This document shows positions 43,519 to 51,994 of a stretch of 64,000 nucleotides of DNA, one piece after another. This DNA is from Elusimicrobiota bacterium. GTDB lineage: Bacteria > Elusimicrobiota > Elusimicrobia > Elusimicrobiales > UBA9959. Position numbers and translations under genes: made by a program. Position 1 is the first letter of the stretch; every line of letters begins with the position of its first letter. The notes beneath the pieces were generated by a model. It was given only the letters and a program-made list of their open reading frames with translations. It did no database searches and was not told the origin of the DNA. Location: contig JAJUJA010000001.1 in assembly GCA_029267355.1 (NCBI GenBank), positions 51,099 to 115,098 of the forward strand, in the 5' to 3' direction.

Positions 43519-45488
43519 GATAATGCGCTTGAATTTTCTCTTTTGCAGGAGCGGTAATAGTCTATTATGTTTTGCGGCTCTATTATCACCGCCACCCTTC
43601 CATCGCCCAGAATACAGCCGCCGAGAATGCCTGGAAAGGACTTTATGCCCGGCAGCGGCTTGGCCACAACTTGCTGTTTGCCCAGCACTTCTTCAACCCA
43701 AAGGGCGCTTTTTTTGCCCCTGTCTTCAACTATTACGAAAATTCCCTCTTTTTCAATTTTGCTGTCTCTTGAGAAGATATTATTCAGCCTGAATACCGGC
43801 ATTATATCTCCTCTCAAAGAAAATATCTCCTCTTTGGAATTTACGCTGTAGAGCTTTCCTTCCGATGCTTTGGCCAGTATTTTTACGCTGTTAACAGGTA
43901 TGACATACTTATCGCTGCATACCTTTACAAGCATGCCGTCAGTAACCGCCATGGTCAGAGGAAACTTCATCTTGAATATTGTGCCTTTGCCTTTTTGAGA
44001 GGATATCTCGATCTTTCCCCTGAGCGAATCTATTCCCCTTTTAACCACATCCATCCCTACGCCTCGGCCGGAAACATCGGTTATTTTATCGGCTGTGGAA
44101 AAACCTGGCAAAAATATCAGATTATATGTGTCAAGTTCGCTCAGCTCCTCATTTTCTCTTATCAGATTTTTTTCTACGGCTTTTTTTCTTATCTTATCCG
44201 TATCCAGCCCCCTGCCGTCATCTTCTATTTCAAAAACCACATTTCCATCGGCATTATAAGCTCTCAAACTTAGATTGCCTTCGGGATTTTTGCCTTTACT
44301 TTCCCTTTCAGAAGGAGTTTCTATGCCGTGGTCTATGGAATTTCTGACCATATGAATAAGAAGCTCCTCCACTATGTTTATCATATTCCTGTCTATTTCC
44401 GTTTCTTCACCGCTTATACGGCATGAAACTTTCTTTTCAGTCTTTCTTGACAAGTCCCTGGCCAGCCTTATCATCTTAGCGAACATATTTTTTATCGGCA
44501 CCATTCTCATTGACATGGCCAGTTCCTGCAATTCCCTTACAATTTTTTCGGTTTGCTGGCTTTTTTTGGATACAGAGGAATTCTCTATGGACTCTATATC
44601 CCTCAAAAGCATTGAATAAGAAATTGACAATTCTCCCACAGTGTCAATCAATCTGTCCAGTTTGTCTGTTTTTATCCTTATTGTGCTTTCCTCTACGACC
44701 TTATCGGCATTCGCTTCTTTGAAAGCCGCGGCCGTTTCATTTGCTCTTGGGGAGGAGAGCGAAGCGGCCGCGGGCTTTTCTTCTTTGTTTTCGGGGGTTT
44801 TTGTTAAAAATTCCGATTCGGATAATTTCTTTTTTATATCATCATATAAGACCGGCTTTTTGATCTTATAGCTGCTGTCATCAAGCGCCTTTTCCACTTC
44901 AATAAGTATTTCTTTTATCACATCTATGGCCTTAAGCGAAAGGTCGGCGTACAATGAATTGAAAACCGCCTTGCCGTCCCTGATGCGGCTGAGCATATTC
45001 TCGGCATGATGCGAAAATTCAGAGATAATGTTAAGCGAAACAAAGGAAGATGTGCCTTTTATTGTGTGAAAAGCCCTGAAAACCTTGTTCACGCTTTCGC
45101 TGTCCTGAGGATTGCTTTCCAGCTTCAATATCGCTTCTTCTGAAAGCTGCAGATTTTCCCTGCTTTCCGTAATGAAATCTCTCAATATCTCCGGATCAGA
45201 GTCCTTGCTTAAAGAAAATTCTTCTTCTTTATGTTTCGGATATTCTTCGTCCTGCATATATTCCTGCCGGCCTAACTTTTCCACGAGATTTGACGCTTCT
45301 TTATATGTCTGCTGCGAAAAATTTTCTTTAAGAGACAGCAATTTTTCTTCTATTCCGCTTATTGTTTCCTTAAATCCCTCCCCGGCGGACGATTTCAGAT
45401 TTCTGACTATCTCAAGGCAGGGCTCTATATCATCGCTGTTAAGGGCGTCATTTAAGCGGATTGTAAGCAGTTTTATTTCTTCCATCAT
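43515..45488 (-). CDS. cheA: Chemotaxis histidine kinase CheA
   Basis: P1 Hpt domain (FRAFHTIKGTSSF), HATPase motifs (HMVRNSIDHGIE, DDGRGLD, GRGVGMDVV), and a C-terminal CheW-like domain. Confidence 0.95.
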   Translation of the reverse strand: MMEEIKLLTIRLNDALNSDDIEPCLEIVRNLKSSAGEGFKETISGIEEKLLSLKENFSQQTYKEASNLVEKLGRQEYMQDEEYPKHKEEEFSLSKDSDPEILRDFITESRENLQLSEEAILKLESNPQDSESVNKVFRAFHTIKGTSSFVSLNIISEFSHHAENMLSRIRDGKAVFNSLYADLSLKAIDVIKEILIEVEKALDDSSYKIKKPVLYDDIKKKLSESEFLTKTPENKEEKPAAASLSSPRANETAAAFKEANADKVVEESTIRIKTDKLDRLIDTVGELSISYSMLLRDIESIENSSVSKKSQQTEKIVRELQELAMSMRMVPIKNMFAKMIRLARDLSRKTEKKVSCRISGEETEIDRNMINIVEELLIHMVRNSIDHGIETPSERESKGKNPEGNLSLRAYNADGNVVFEIEDDGRGLDTDKIRKKAVEKNLIRENEELSELDTYNLIFLPGFSTADKITDVSGRGVGMDVVKRGIDSLRGKIEISSQKGKGTIFKMKFPLTMAVTDGMLVKVCSDKYVIPVNSVKILAKASEGKLYSVNSKEEIFSLRGDIMPVFRLNNIFSRDSKIEKEGIFVIVEDRGKKSALWVEEVLGKQQVVAKPLPGIKSFPGILGGCILGDGRVAVIIEPQNIIDYYRSCKRENSSALS

Positions 45489-45496
45489 AGGTTTAA

Positions 45497-45518
45497 GGGG
45501 GGCGGCAAGCCGCCCCCC
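45497..45518 (-). promoter_or_regulatory. Perfect GC-rich intercistronic hairpin between mcp and cheA
   Basis: GGGGGGCGGC-AA-GCCGCCCCCC, 8 nt upstream of the cheA ATG. It has no strong U-tract, and no SD is visible for cheA. Confidence 0.5.
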
Positions 45519-45526
45519 GCCTTTCC

Positions 45527-47404
45527 TTAGAATGTTTTAAGTATCGGCTCTTCAACCTCAAGAGGCAGTATCTTTTCCGGGTTTTTCGCCCTGGCTTCCG
45601 GCTTGGCATGTTTCAAGACTGTTTCTCTCTTGAAATCCTTTATTGAAGACTGCTGAGCGGAGGTTCTGAACTCCGACAGCATTCTCATCAATTCCTTGGC
45701 CTGGCCGGTAAGCTCCTCGGCGGCTGAAGCTGATTCTTCGCTATTTGCGGCATTTGACTGCGTTATCTGATTAAGCTGCTGTACGCCGGTATTTACCTGC
45801 TCTATGCCCTGTTCCTGCTGTTCGCTGGCCGCCGCTATTTCAGCCACGACATTGGAAACCTTGAGCGCCTGCTGGGATATCTCTTCAAGTTTCTTTCTTA
45901 CTTCTTCATTGAAGACTACTCCATTCTCGGCATTTTTCACCGCATCTTCTATGAGATTGGCCGTATTCTTAGCCGCTTCCGCGCTTCTCATAGCCAGATT
46001 TCTTACCTCTTCGGCCACGACGGCAAAACCCTTTCCTGCCTCGCCGGCTCTGGCCGCCTCAACAGCCGCATTGAGGGCAAGCAGATTGGTTTGGAAGGCT
46101 ATTTCATCTATGGTCTTTATTATCTTTGAAGTGTCATCTGAAGATTTCTTGATCTTTTCTATCGCTTCAGACAATTTCACCATGCTTTCAAGCCCCTGAT
46201 CGCTGAAATTCTTGGCCGATTCAGACATAGCCTTGCCTTCTTTAGCATTGCCGGCATTCTGCTTGGCCATAGAGCTCATTTCCTGTATGCTTGAGGTTAT
46301 TTCCTGCAATGAACTGGCCTGCTCGCTTGAGGCCTGAGCCAGGCTTTGAGAGCCGCTGCTTATCTGGCTGGCTGCGCTTGATACCTGTTCAGTGGCATAT
46401 ACCACCTGCTTTATGACTTCTTCAAGATTATTGAGAGATTTATTTATGGCATCTTTAAGCTTTACAAAATCTCCTTTATAATCTGAACTTATCCTGACCG
46501 TAAGGTCTTTTTCAGCGACTTTATTCATTACGCCGACCACATCAGCCACGCTTTTATCCAGTTCTTTTACGGTATTATTAATGCTTTCCTTCAGGGTTTC
46601 AAACTCGCCGCCGTATTTTTTGTCCAGTCTGGCGCTTAAATCCAGATTGGAAACCTTATCCATAACAGCCATCACATCATTTATCGCATTCACTATATCC
46701 CTGCTTATCCATATGCCAAGAGATACTGAAAGCAAAACAACGACTATGATCATTCCCAAAACAAGCGAAAATGTTTTATTGGCTATGATTGTATTGTTTT
46801 CTGCGATTTTATCTCCCATTTTGCCTACATCTTCTAAAACTTCCGATGAAAGTCCTATTGTTTTATTCATATATTGGGCGCCCTGGGCCAGAAGTCCCAG
46901 TATTTCAGAATTAGGCCTGTTCTCGTTTATCATCTTTGTAATCCTTGCAACAAGAGCGGTATATTCTATTTCATTTTTCTTCAATTCTTTCAATTTATCC
47001 ATTATATCCAGATGAACCTTATGACCGCCTATACCCAAATCCGCTATATGAACCTTCTTGCCGCCATAGTCTATATCATGAATCTTCTCATCAAACTCAG
47101 TTATCAGGACATCCATTTTCTCGGCTATTTCTTTGTTCAGCCCTTCAATTTCCTTTATGAAATCATTGGCTTTTTCAGTCCCCTTATAGGAGAAGGCCTG
47201 ATAAACGCGATTTCTCCTGGCCGATATTTTATACCTTAGATTGGCGGCTGCTCTTTGCAAATCCATACCCTTTTGATCAAGCACGGTGCCCATCATATTT
47301 ATTTTTCTTATATTGCTCAGTCCCAGCCAGCCTATTATGCCGGCCATAAGTGAGACTATTATGAAACCGCCCAATAACTTTTGTCTTACGCTTATATTCT
47401 TCAT
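45527..47404 (-). CDS. Methyl-accepting chemotaxis protein (two TM helices, tandem HAMP-like segments)
   Basis: Signalling hairpin [41 protein letters not shown]. Confidence 0.95.
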   Translation of the reverse strand: MKNISVRQKLLGGFIIVSLMAGIIGWLGLSNIRKINMMGTVLDQKGMDLQRAAANLRYKISARRNRVYQAFSYKGTEKANDFIKEIEGLNKEIAEKMDVLITEFDEKIHDIDYGGKKVHIADLGIGGHKVHLDIMDKLKELKKNEIEYTALVARITKMINENRPNSEILGLLAQGAQYMNKTIGLSSEVLEDVGKMGDKIAENNTIIANKTFSLVLGMIIVVVLLSVSLGIWISRDIVNAINDVMAVMDKVSNLDLSARLDKKYGGEFETLKESINNTVKELDKSVADVVGVMNKVAEKDLTVRISSDYKGDFVKLKDAINKSLNNLEEVIKQVVYATEQVSSAASQISSGSQSLAQASSEQASSLQEITSSIQEMSSMAKQNAGNAKEGKAMSESAKNFSDQGLESMVKLSEAIEKIKKSSDDTSKIIKTIDEIAFQTNLLALNAAVEAARAGEAGKGFAVVAEEVRNLAMRSAEAAKNTANLIEDAVKNAENGVVFNEEVRKKLEEISQQALKVSNVVAEIAAASEQQEQGIEQVNTGVQQLNQITQSNAANSEESASAAEELTGQAKELMRMLSEFRTSAQQSSIKDFKRETVLKHAKPEARAKNPEKILPLEVEEPILKTF

Positions 47405-47898
47405 ATTTTCTCCTGTTTTATCTCCTTTAATATTTTTACTTCTTCATCATTTAAAACCTTGTCTATATCCAGAAGAAGCTTGACTCTGTCTGAAGACTTA
47501 CCTATGCCCAGTATATAATCCGTATTGCTGCCGAGGGCAGGCGGATTTTCAATATCCCTGTCTGCTATATCAAGCACTTCAGATACCTTATCCACAACTA
47601 TACCGATAAAGATATTTCTGGATTTGACCACTATGAAGCAGGTCTCTTCGGTATGAGGCGCCTCAGGCATAGTGAGTTTCAATCTAAGGTCTATTATCGG
47701 TATTATTCTGCCTCTGAGATTTATAACGCCCTTGACATAAGGCGGCATCTTGGGCACATTGGTTATAGGCATAACGCCTATTATCTCCTGAACCTTCAGT
47801 ATCTCTATTCCATACTCTTCCTTTTCCAGAAAGAATGTAAGGAATTTTCCGCCTTTTTTCGCAGAGGAAACTTCTGTTTTATCCTTGACGGTTTCCAT
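47401..47898 (-). CDS. cheW: Chemotaxis coupling protein CheW
   Basis: [22 protein letters not shown]...[18 protein letters not shown]. Confidence 0.95.
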   Translation of the reverse strand: METVKDKTEVSSAKKGGKFLTFFLEKEEYGIEILKVQEIIGVMPITNVPKMPPYVKGVINLRGRIIPIIDLRLKLTMPEAPHTEETCFIVVKSRNIFIGIVVDKVSEVLDIADRDIENPPALGSNTDYILGIGKSSDRVKLLLDIDKVLNDEEVKILKEIKQEKI

Positions 47899-48359
47899 TA
47901 AACCTCCTCTATTATTTTTACAGTCATATGCCCGTCAGAAAAAGCTTTCAAGGTCATAGTCACGGCAAGTTTCATTCCGGGGGACATATACTTGTAATCT
48001 GAGCCTTTTATTACAGCTGGAATTGACAGAGACAGATTCAAATGCTCCGGCAATTTGGACTTTATATTGCCGCTTATCATATTGGCTATTTCGGCAATAG
48101 CGTCCTGAACCGAATCAGACCATTCCTTTATCTCTTCGCCAAGCATAGCAGAGGCCGCGCTGCAGGCAAATTTTTCATCTGTCTCAAAAATCACGGCGTA
48201 TTTTTTCAGGCCGCCTATACCCAGAAATACGGTAACTGAAACCTCTTTTTGAGGCGTCTCATCCTCATTTGTGACTGACACCTCCTGAGAAAGCATGGAG
48301 GAAAAAACTTCTTTTATTATTTCCTCAAAAGAGTTTCTCGCCTGCATCAGCTCAGTCAT
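47898..48359 (-). CDS. cheX: CheX-like chemotaxis phosphatase
   Basis: VQDAIAEIANMISGNIKSKL...LSLSIPAVIKG fits the CheX pattern. Confidence 0.75.
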   Translation of the reverse strand: MTELMQARNSFEEIIKEVFSSMLSQEVSVTNEDETPQKEVSVTVFLGIGGLKKYAVIFETDEKFACSAASAMLGEEIKEWSDSVQDAIAEIANMISGNIKSKLPEHLNLSLSIPAVIKGSDYKYMSPGMKLAVTMTLKAFSDGHMTVKIIEEV

Positions 48360-48730
48360 TTAGCTGCCCCTGAAAAAATCTTGTTTATCTTTTCTGATAT
48401 GGTCTCTTTCTTGAAAGGTTTTGTCACAAAATCTGAGGCGCCAGCCTCTATCGCTTTTTGAACATTGGCGGCTTCAGTTTCAGTCGTTACCATTATGATG
48501 GGCAGATTCTTGAATCTTTCGTCCTTTTTTATGGCGCATACCATGTCATAGCCGTTCATTTCAGGCATATTCCAGTCAGCCATCACAAATGAAAAGGATG
48601 GATCTTTTTCCAGAATTTCCAGGGCTTCCTTTCCATTGCCGGCTTCCTGCGTCTCATAGCCGCATTCCTTCAATATTTTTCCAACTATCAATCTCATGGT
48701 CTTTGAATCGTCCACTATAAGAACTCTCAT
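48356..48730 (-). CDS. cheY: Chemotaxis response regulator CheY
   Basis: VLIVDDSKTMR...ADWNMPEMNG...TKPF. Confidence 0.9.
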   Translation of the reverse strand: MRVLIVDDSKTMRLIVGKILKECGYETQEAGNGKEALEILEKDPSFSFVMADWNMPEMNGYDMVCAIKKDERFKNLPIIMVTTETEAANVQKAIEAGASDFVTKPFKKETISEKINKIFSGAAK

Positions 48731-48731
48731 A

Positions 48732-49133
48732 TTATTCTCCTTTAAGTATATTGATTCTCTCCTTTATGTCGCCTGCTAGAGAGGCATCTCCGCTATCTGC
48801 GCCGGTATTTTCCAGGGCGGAAAACATATTTTCAAGAGCCTGGGCCGTTTTTTTGAAAACTGACAAATCCTGCTTTAGCGGCATTTTGTTCATATTTTTG
48901 ACCGCCACAAAATATTCCTCAGCCGCTTTTGAAACGGCGGCTATATTTTCATAGCCCATCTGCGAGGACATTCCCTTAATAGTGTGAATGGCTATTCTCG
49001 CTTTGTCGCAATTATCCATATCCGGGGCCGATAAAAGCATAAGATCTATTGATTGAGAAAAATCCTTCAATCTCTGTCTGCCCTCCTCAAGAAATATTGC
49101 CGCAAATTCGCTTAATTGGGTATCAGCCATCAC
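48732..49133 (-). CDS. Stand-alone Hpt (histidine phosphotransfer) protein
   Basis: IAIHTIKGMSSQMGYENIA is an HxxKG motif in a ~130-aa helical protein. Confidence 0.8.
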   Translation of the reverse strand: MMADTQLSEFAAIFLEEGRQRLKDFSQSIDLMLLSAPDMDNCDKARIAIHTIKGMSSQMGYENIAAVSKAAEEYFVAVKNMNKMPLKQDLSVFKKTAQALENMFSALENTGADSGDASLAGDIKERINILKGE

Positions 49134-49528
49134 CCCTCCTTTTCAATGCCCAGAGTTTTATTGATTTTCTTTACCAATGACTCCTTATTAAGGGGCTTTG
49201 TTATATAGCCCTGCGCCCCAGCCAAAAATGCCCTGTCAAGGGAATTAACATCATCCACCGCCGTGCACATTAATACCGGTATGGAGGAAGTTTTCTTGTT
49301 TCCTTTCAGGTCTCCCAGAGTTTCCCAGCCGTCTTTATTGGGCATATTGGCGTCCAGAAGTATTAGGGCAGGCTCCTCACTTTGGGCTTTGCTGAGGCCT
49401 TCCTCCCCGTCTTTTGCCATTTCTATGTCAAAATTGTCCTTGGGTATATAACTAGCTATGACGGTTCTCATAAAACCGTCATCGTCAACTATAAGTATTT
49501 TCGGCTTCTTTTTGAAAAGTCCAAACAT
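49130..49528 (-). CDS. Single-domain response regulator (receiver)
   Basis: ILIVDDDGFMR...LDANMPNKDG...TKPL. Confidence 0.85.
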   Translation of the reverse strand: MFGLFKKKPKILIVDDDGFMRTVIASYIPKDNFDIEMAKDGEEGLSKAQSEEPALILLDANMPNKDGWETLGDLKGNKKTSSIPVLMCTAVDDVNSLDRAFLAGAQGYITKPLNKESLVKKINKTLGIEKEG

Positions 49529-49653
49529 CCTTAAACTCCTAAAACGCTTTTCTTCTTTTTGTCCCTTTTAGACGCGTTTTTCAGTTTTGTCCTCTTCTTT
49601 ATTTCAATTTTTCTTTCAAGCAGCCATTTCAAAAGTATGTCCATACTAACTAA

Positions 49654-49680
49654 TTATCAGCATAAAGCGTCAAAACTTTA
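49654..49680 (-). promoter_or_regulatory. Sigma-28 (FliA)-type promoter in front of the chemotaxis operon
   Basis: The minus strand reads TAAAGTTT-N11-GCTGATAA, against the consensus TAAAGTTT-N11-GCCGATAA. The -35 overlaps the stop of the upstream gene. Confidence 0.65.
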
Positions 49681-50142
49681 ATGCGACATTTTTATGTCCA
49701 GCCGCAGGCCGTTTTCAAATATCAAATCCGAAAAATTTCTGATAAATTCCGAAAGACGGCCCTGGCACTTGTCCCTTATTGAGTCTATGCATTCCCTTGA
49801 AACTGTCTCCCGGCTTCTTTTAAAAGTGACTTTCGCCACGCGATTTTTCCTGGAAAACTCTATTATGTTTCTGAAACATTTATGAATATCATCATTCAGC
49901 GGGAAATTGAGCGTTATTGCAGGCGCTTTTTCAAAAATGCTGTATGCCGATGTGTTTATCATCTCAATATTTTCCAAGAATGCGCAGGCGCTTTTAAATT
50001 CATAAAAACCGTCTTTGAATATGCCGAAAACATTCTGCATATCTATCTCTATATCAGAAAATCTGGAATAATAGGATATTTTTTCCACAGTTAGAGGTTT
50101 GTTCAGATTTTCGCCCCTTATCAGAATTTTGGCATTGACCAT
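49678..50142 (-). CDS. 154-aa protein of unknown function, apparently under a sigma-28-type promoter
   Basis: ORF with GGAGGG 4 nt upstream of the ATG. I recognise no motif in it. Confidence 0.55.
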   Translation of the reverse strand: MVNAKILIRGENLNKPLTVEKISYYSRFSDIEIDMQNVFGIFKDGFYEFKSACAFLENIEMINTSAYSIFEKAPAITLNFPLNDDIHKCFRNIIEFSRKNRVAKVTFKRSRETVSRECIDSIRDKCQGRLSEFIRNFSDLIFENGLRLDIKMSH

Positions 50143-50162
50143 AAGCCCTCCGTACAGTCAAG

Positions 50163-50189
50163 TTATCCGCCGGAAATAAAAAGGGTTTA
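50163..50189 (-). promoter_or_regulatory. Second sigma-28-like promoter
   Basis: The minus strand reads TAAACCCT-N11-GCGGATAA. The -10 ends 20 nt upstream of the ATG at 50142. Confidence 0.45.
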
Positions 50190-50221
50190 GCCGCTTTAGG
50201 AAAAATTGAGCCGGATTTGAG

Positions 50222-51868
50222 CTATTTCTCAAGGGCTGTTTTTATCTTTTTGAGACTTTCTTTGAGAGTTTCCGCTTTGGTTAAATCTGGACTTTCGCCT
50301 CTTTCCAGGCAATCTGATATTGAAACCAGAAATTCCCTGAATTCTTTCAAGGTATTGCTCTCTATCAAGGTGAAATATCCCCTGAAATATTCAAGTTCCT
50401 TTAAAAGTGAAAAGGCATTGTTCAAATTGACGGGATTTGTGACATCCGCCGCCTCCCTCATGGAAAGAAAAAATTCTATTTTATCTATAAGTTTTTTTGT
50501 ATTGAAGAAAAAGCCGGGATAGGCGAATTCATATCCCTCTACCATATCCCATGAAGGCTTTTTTATTTTCTCTATAACAAGCTCTATCTGAAAACCGCCG
50601 CCGGCATGAGAAAAAGGATCTATCTTGTAATCGTAAAATTCATCATCATCGCGCAGTTCGCGCACTCTATAAGTATTGGGCGCCAGCGCTTGCTCTATTT
50701 CATTAAGCAGAGAAGAAGGCGTGTAGAATCTTTTGTGGTCAGCGTTCCATCTTGAAGGCAGATGCCGTCTTTTTTCATACAGATACTGATGCGGCACCGC
50801 TATGATAAGATATCCTCCCGTTTTAACCTTGCTGAACCATTCTCTTAGGGCGAATTTATAATCCTCTATATGCTCCAAAGTATGGCTGGCATAAACCGCA
50901 TCAAAACTTTCATCTTCAAAAGGCAGATTTTTTCCGTCATATCCAGGATAATCCATATCAAGCCCTATGGCATTTGGAGTTACCGGACAGACATTTTTAT
51001 CCTCATATCCTTTATAGCCTATATCCAGAACATTCCCTTTCAGGTATTTATCAATAAAGCCGGTCTTTAATCTCCTGTTGTATGCCTGCCTGCTGCCGGG
51101 CCCGAGATTTTCAGCCTTCCAGCCGACGCAAGCAGTGTCGCCTGAGAATTCGCTGAAAAGCCGGCAGTCTATATTCTTTTCGGTTATAAGATGCAGATTA
51201 AAGCCGTTAGTATAAAATTTAAGGCCTCTTTTGGCCGCCTCTATTTCCAGCGTTTTTCTGGAATAAAAGGATATATGCTGGCCGTGTTCAAGCCCGTAAT
51301 ATGCCCAGCTTATAGGCCAGAATGCCGGATCAGGCAGTTCTTCTGGCAGAAGCTCGGTTGAAAAAAGAACATTTGCTGTCATTGAAAATATTCTCTCCAA
51401 TTCCTCTTTCGGATTGACGAAATGCTCAAAGCATTCAAAAGAGGTGATCAAATCAAATTTTCCGCCTTCTCCGCTGAAGGAATGCTCAGGCACAAAAAGA
51501 TTTTCGGCATAGGGCTCGTAAAGCCGGAAATCATATCCTTTCTCCCTCATAAGTCCTGCGAAAAGTCCGTAACCGCCGCCATAATCCAGAAATTTTCCTT
51601 TGGGATTAAAGAACAGGGATATTATCCTGGCGGCTTTTTCTGAAAAAACGAGATTTCTTTTCAAAAGCCCCCTGTCGCTATCATTTATCGCCTTTTCATA
51701 AGCTTTTTCAAGCCAGGAAGGATATTCGGTCTGCAAAAAACCGCATTCAGGACACAGGTAATAATCTATTCTTTTAAGGGCCATGATATTTGCCTCAAAT
51801 TTTTTTTTGCTGCCTGCGCCGCATAGCCTGCATTGCTGAGTCTTTGTTTTATTTATAAGTGTTTGCAT
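50222..51868 (-). CDS. Zn-ribbon + tandem class-I SAM-dependent methyltransferase domains
   Basis: CRLCG...CPECG ribbon. MT motif I appears twice (FLDYGGGYGLFAGLM and VLDIGYKGY...FDAVYASHTLEHI...GGYLIIAVP). The ATG at 51868 follows AGGAG. Confidence 0.8.
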   Translation of the reverse strand: MQTLINKTKTQQCRLCGAGSKKKFEANIMALKRIDYYLCPECGFLQTEYPSWLEKAYEKAINDSDRGLLKRNLVFSEKAARIISLFFNPKGKFLDYGGGYGLFAGLMREKGYDFRLYEPYAENLFVPEHSFSGEGGKFDLITSFECFEHFVNPKEELERIFSMTANVLFSTELLPEELPDPAFWPISWAYYGLEHGQHISFYSRKTLEIEAAKRGLKFYTNGFNLHLITEKNIDCRLFSEFSGDTACVGWKAENLGPGSRQAYNRRLKTGFIDKYLKGNVLDIGYKGYEDKNVCPVTPNAIGLDMDYPGYDGKNLPFEDESFDAVYASHTLEHIEDYKFALREWFSKVKTGGYLIIAVPHQYLYEKRRHLPSRWNADHKRFYTPSSLLNEIEQALAPNTYRVRELRDDDEFYDYKIDPFSHAGGGFQIELVIEKIKKPSWDMVEGYEFAYPGFFFNTKKLIDKIEFFLSMREAADVTNPVNLNNAFSLLKELEYFRGYFTLIESNTLKEFREFLVSISDCLERGESPDLTKAETLKESLKKIKTALEK

Positions 51869-51994
51869 ATTTCTCCTTTCAAAAAAGCGGAAGATGATAC
51901 CAGTCGCCGCTTTTTTCAACGCTGAAAAGATCCGGATAAAAGAACTGCCTTTTGACTTTTTTTTCCCTTTTAGGCCTTATTTTTCTCGCTTTTC

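Noticed and set aside
44081-44095. A GCCGATAA-like sequence (minus strand) inside cheA, and another on the plus strand at about 8944 inside C11-2, considered as extra sigma-28 promoters.
   Set aside because: No TAAA -35 element lies at the required 11-nt/15-nt spacing, and both sites are deep inside coding regions.
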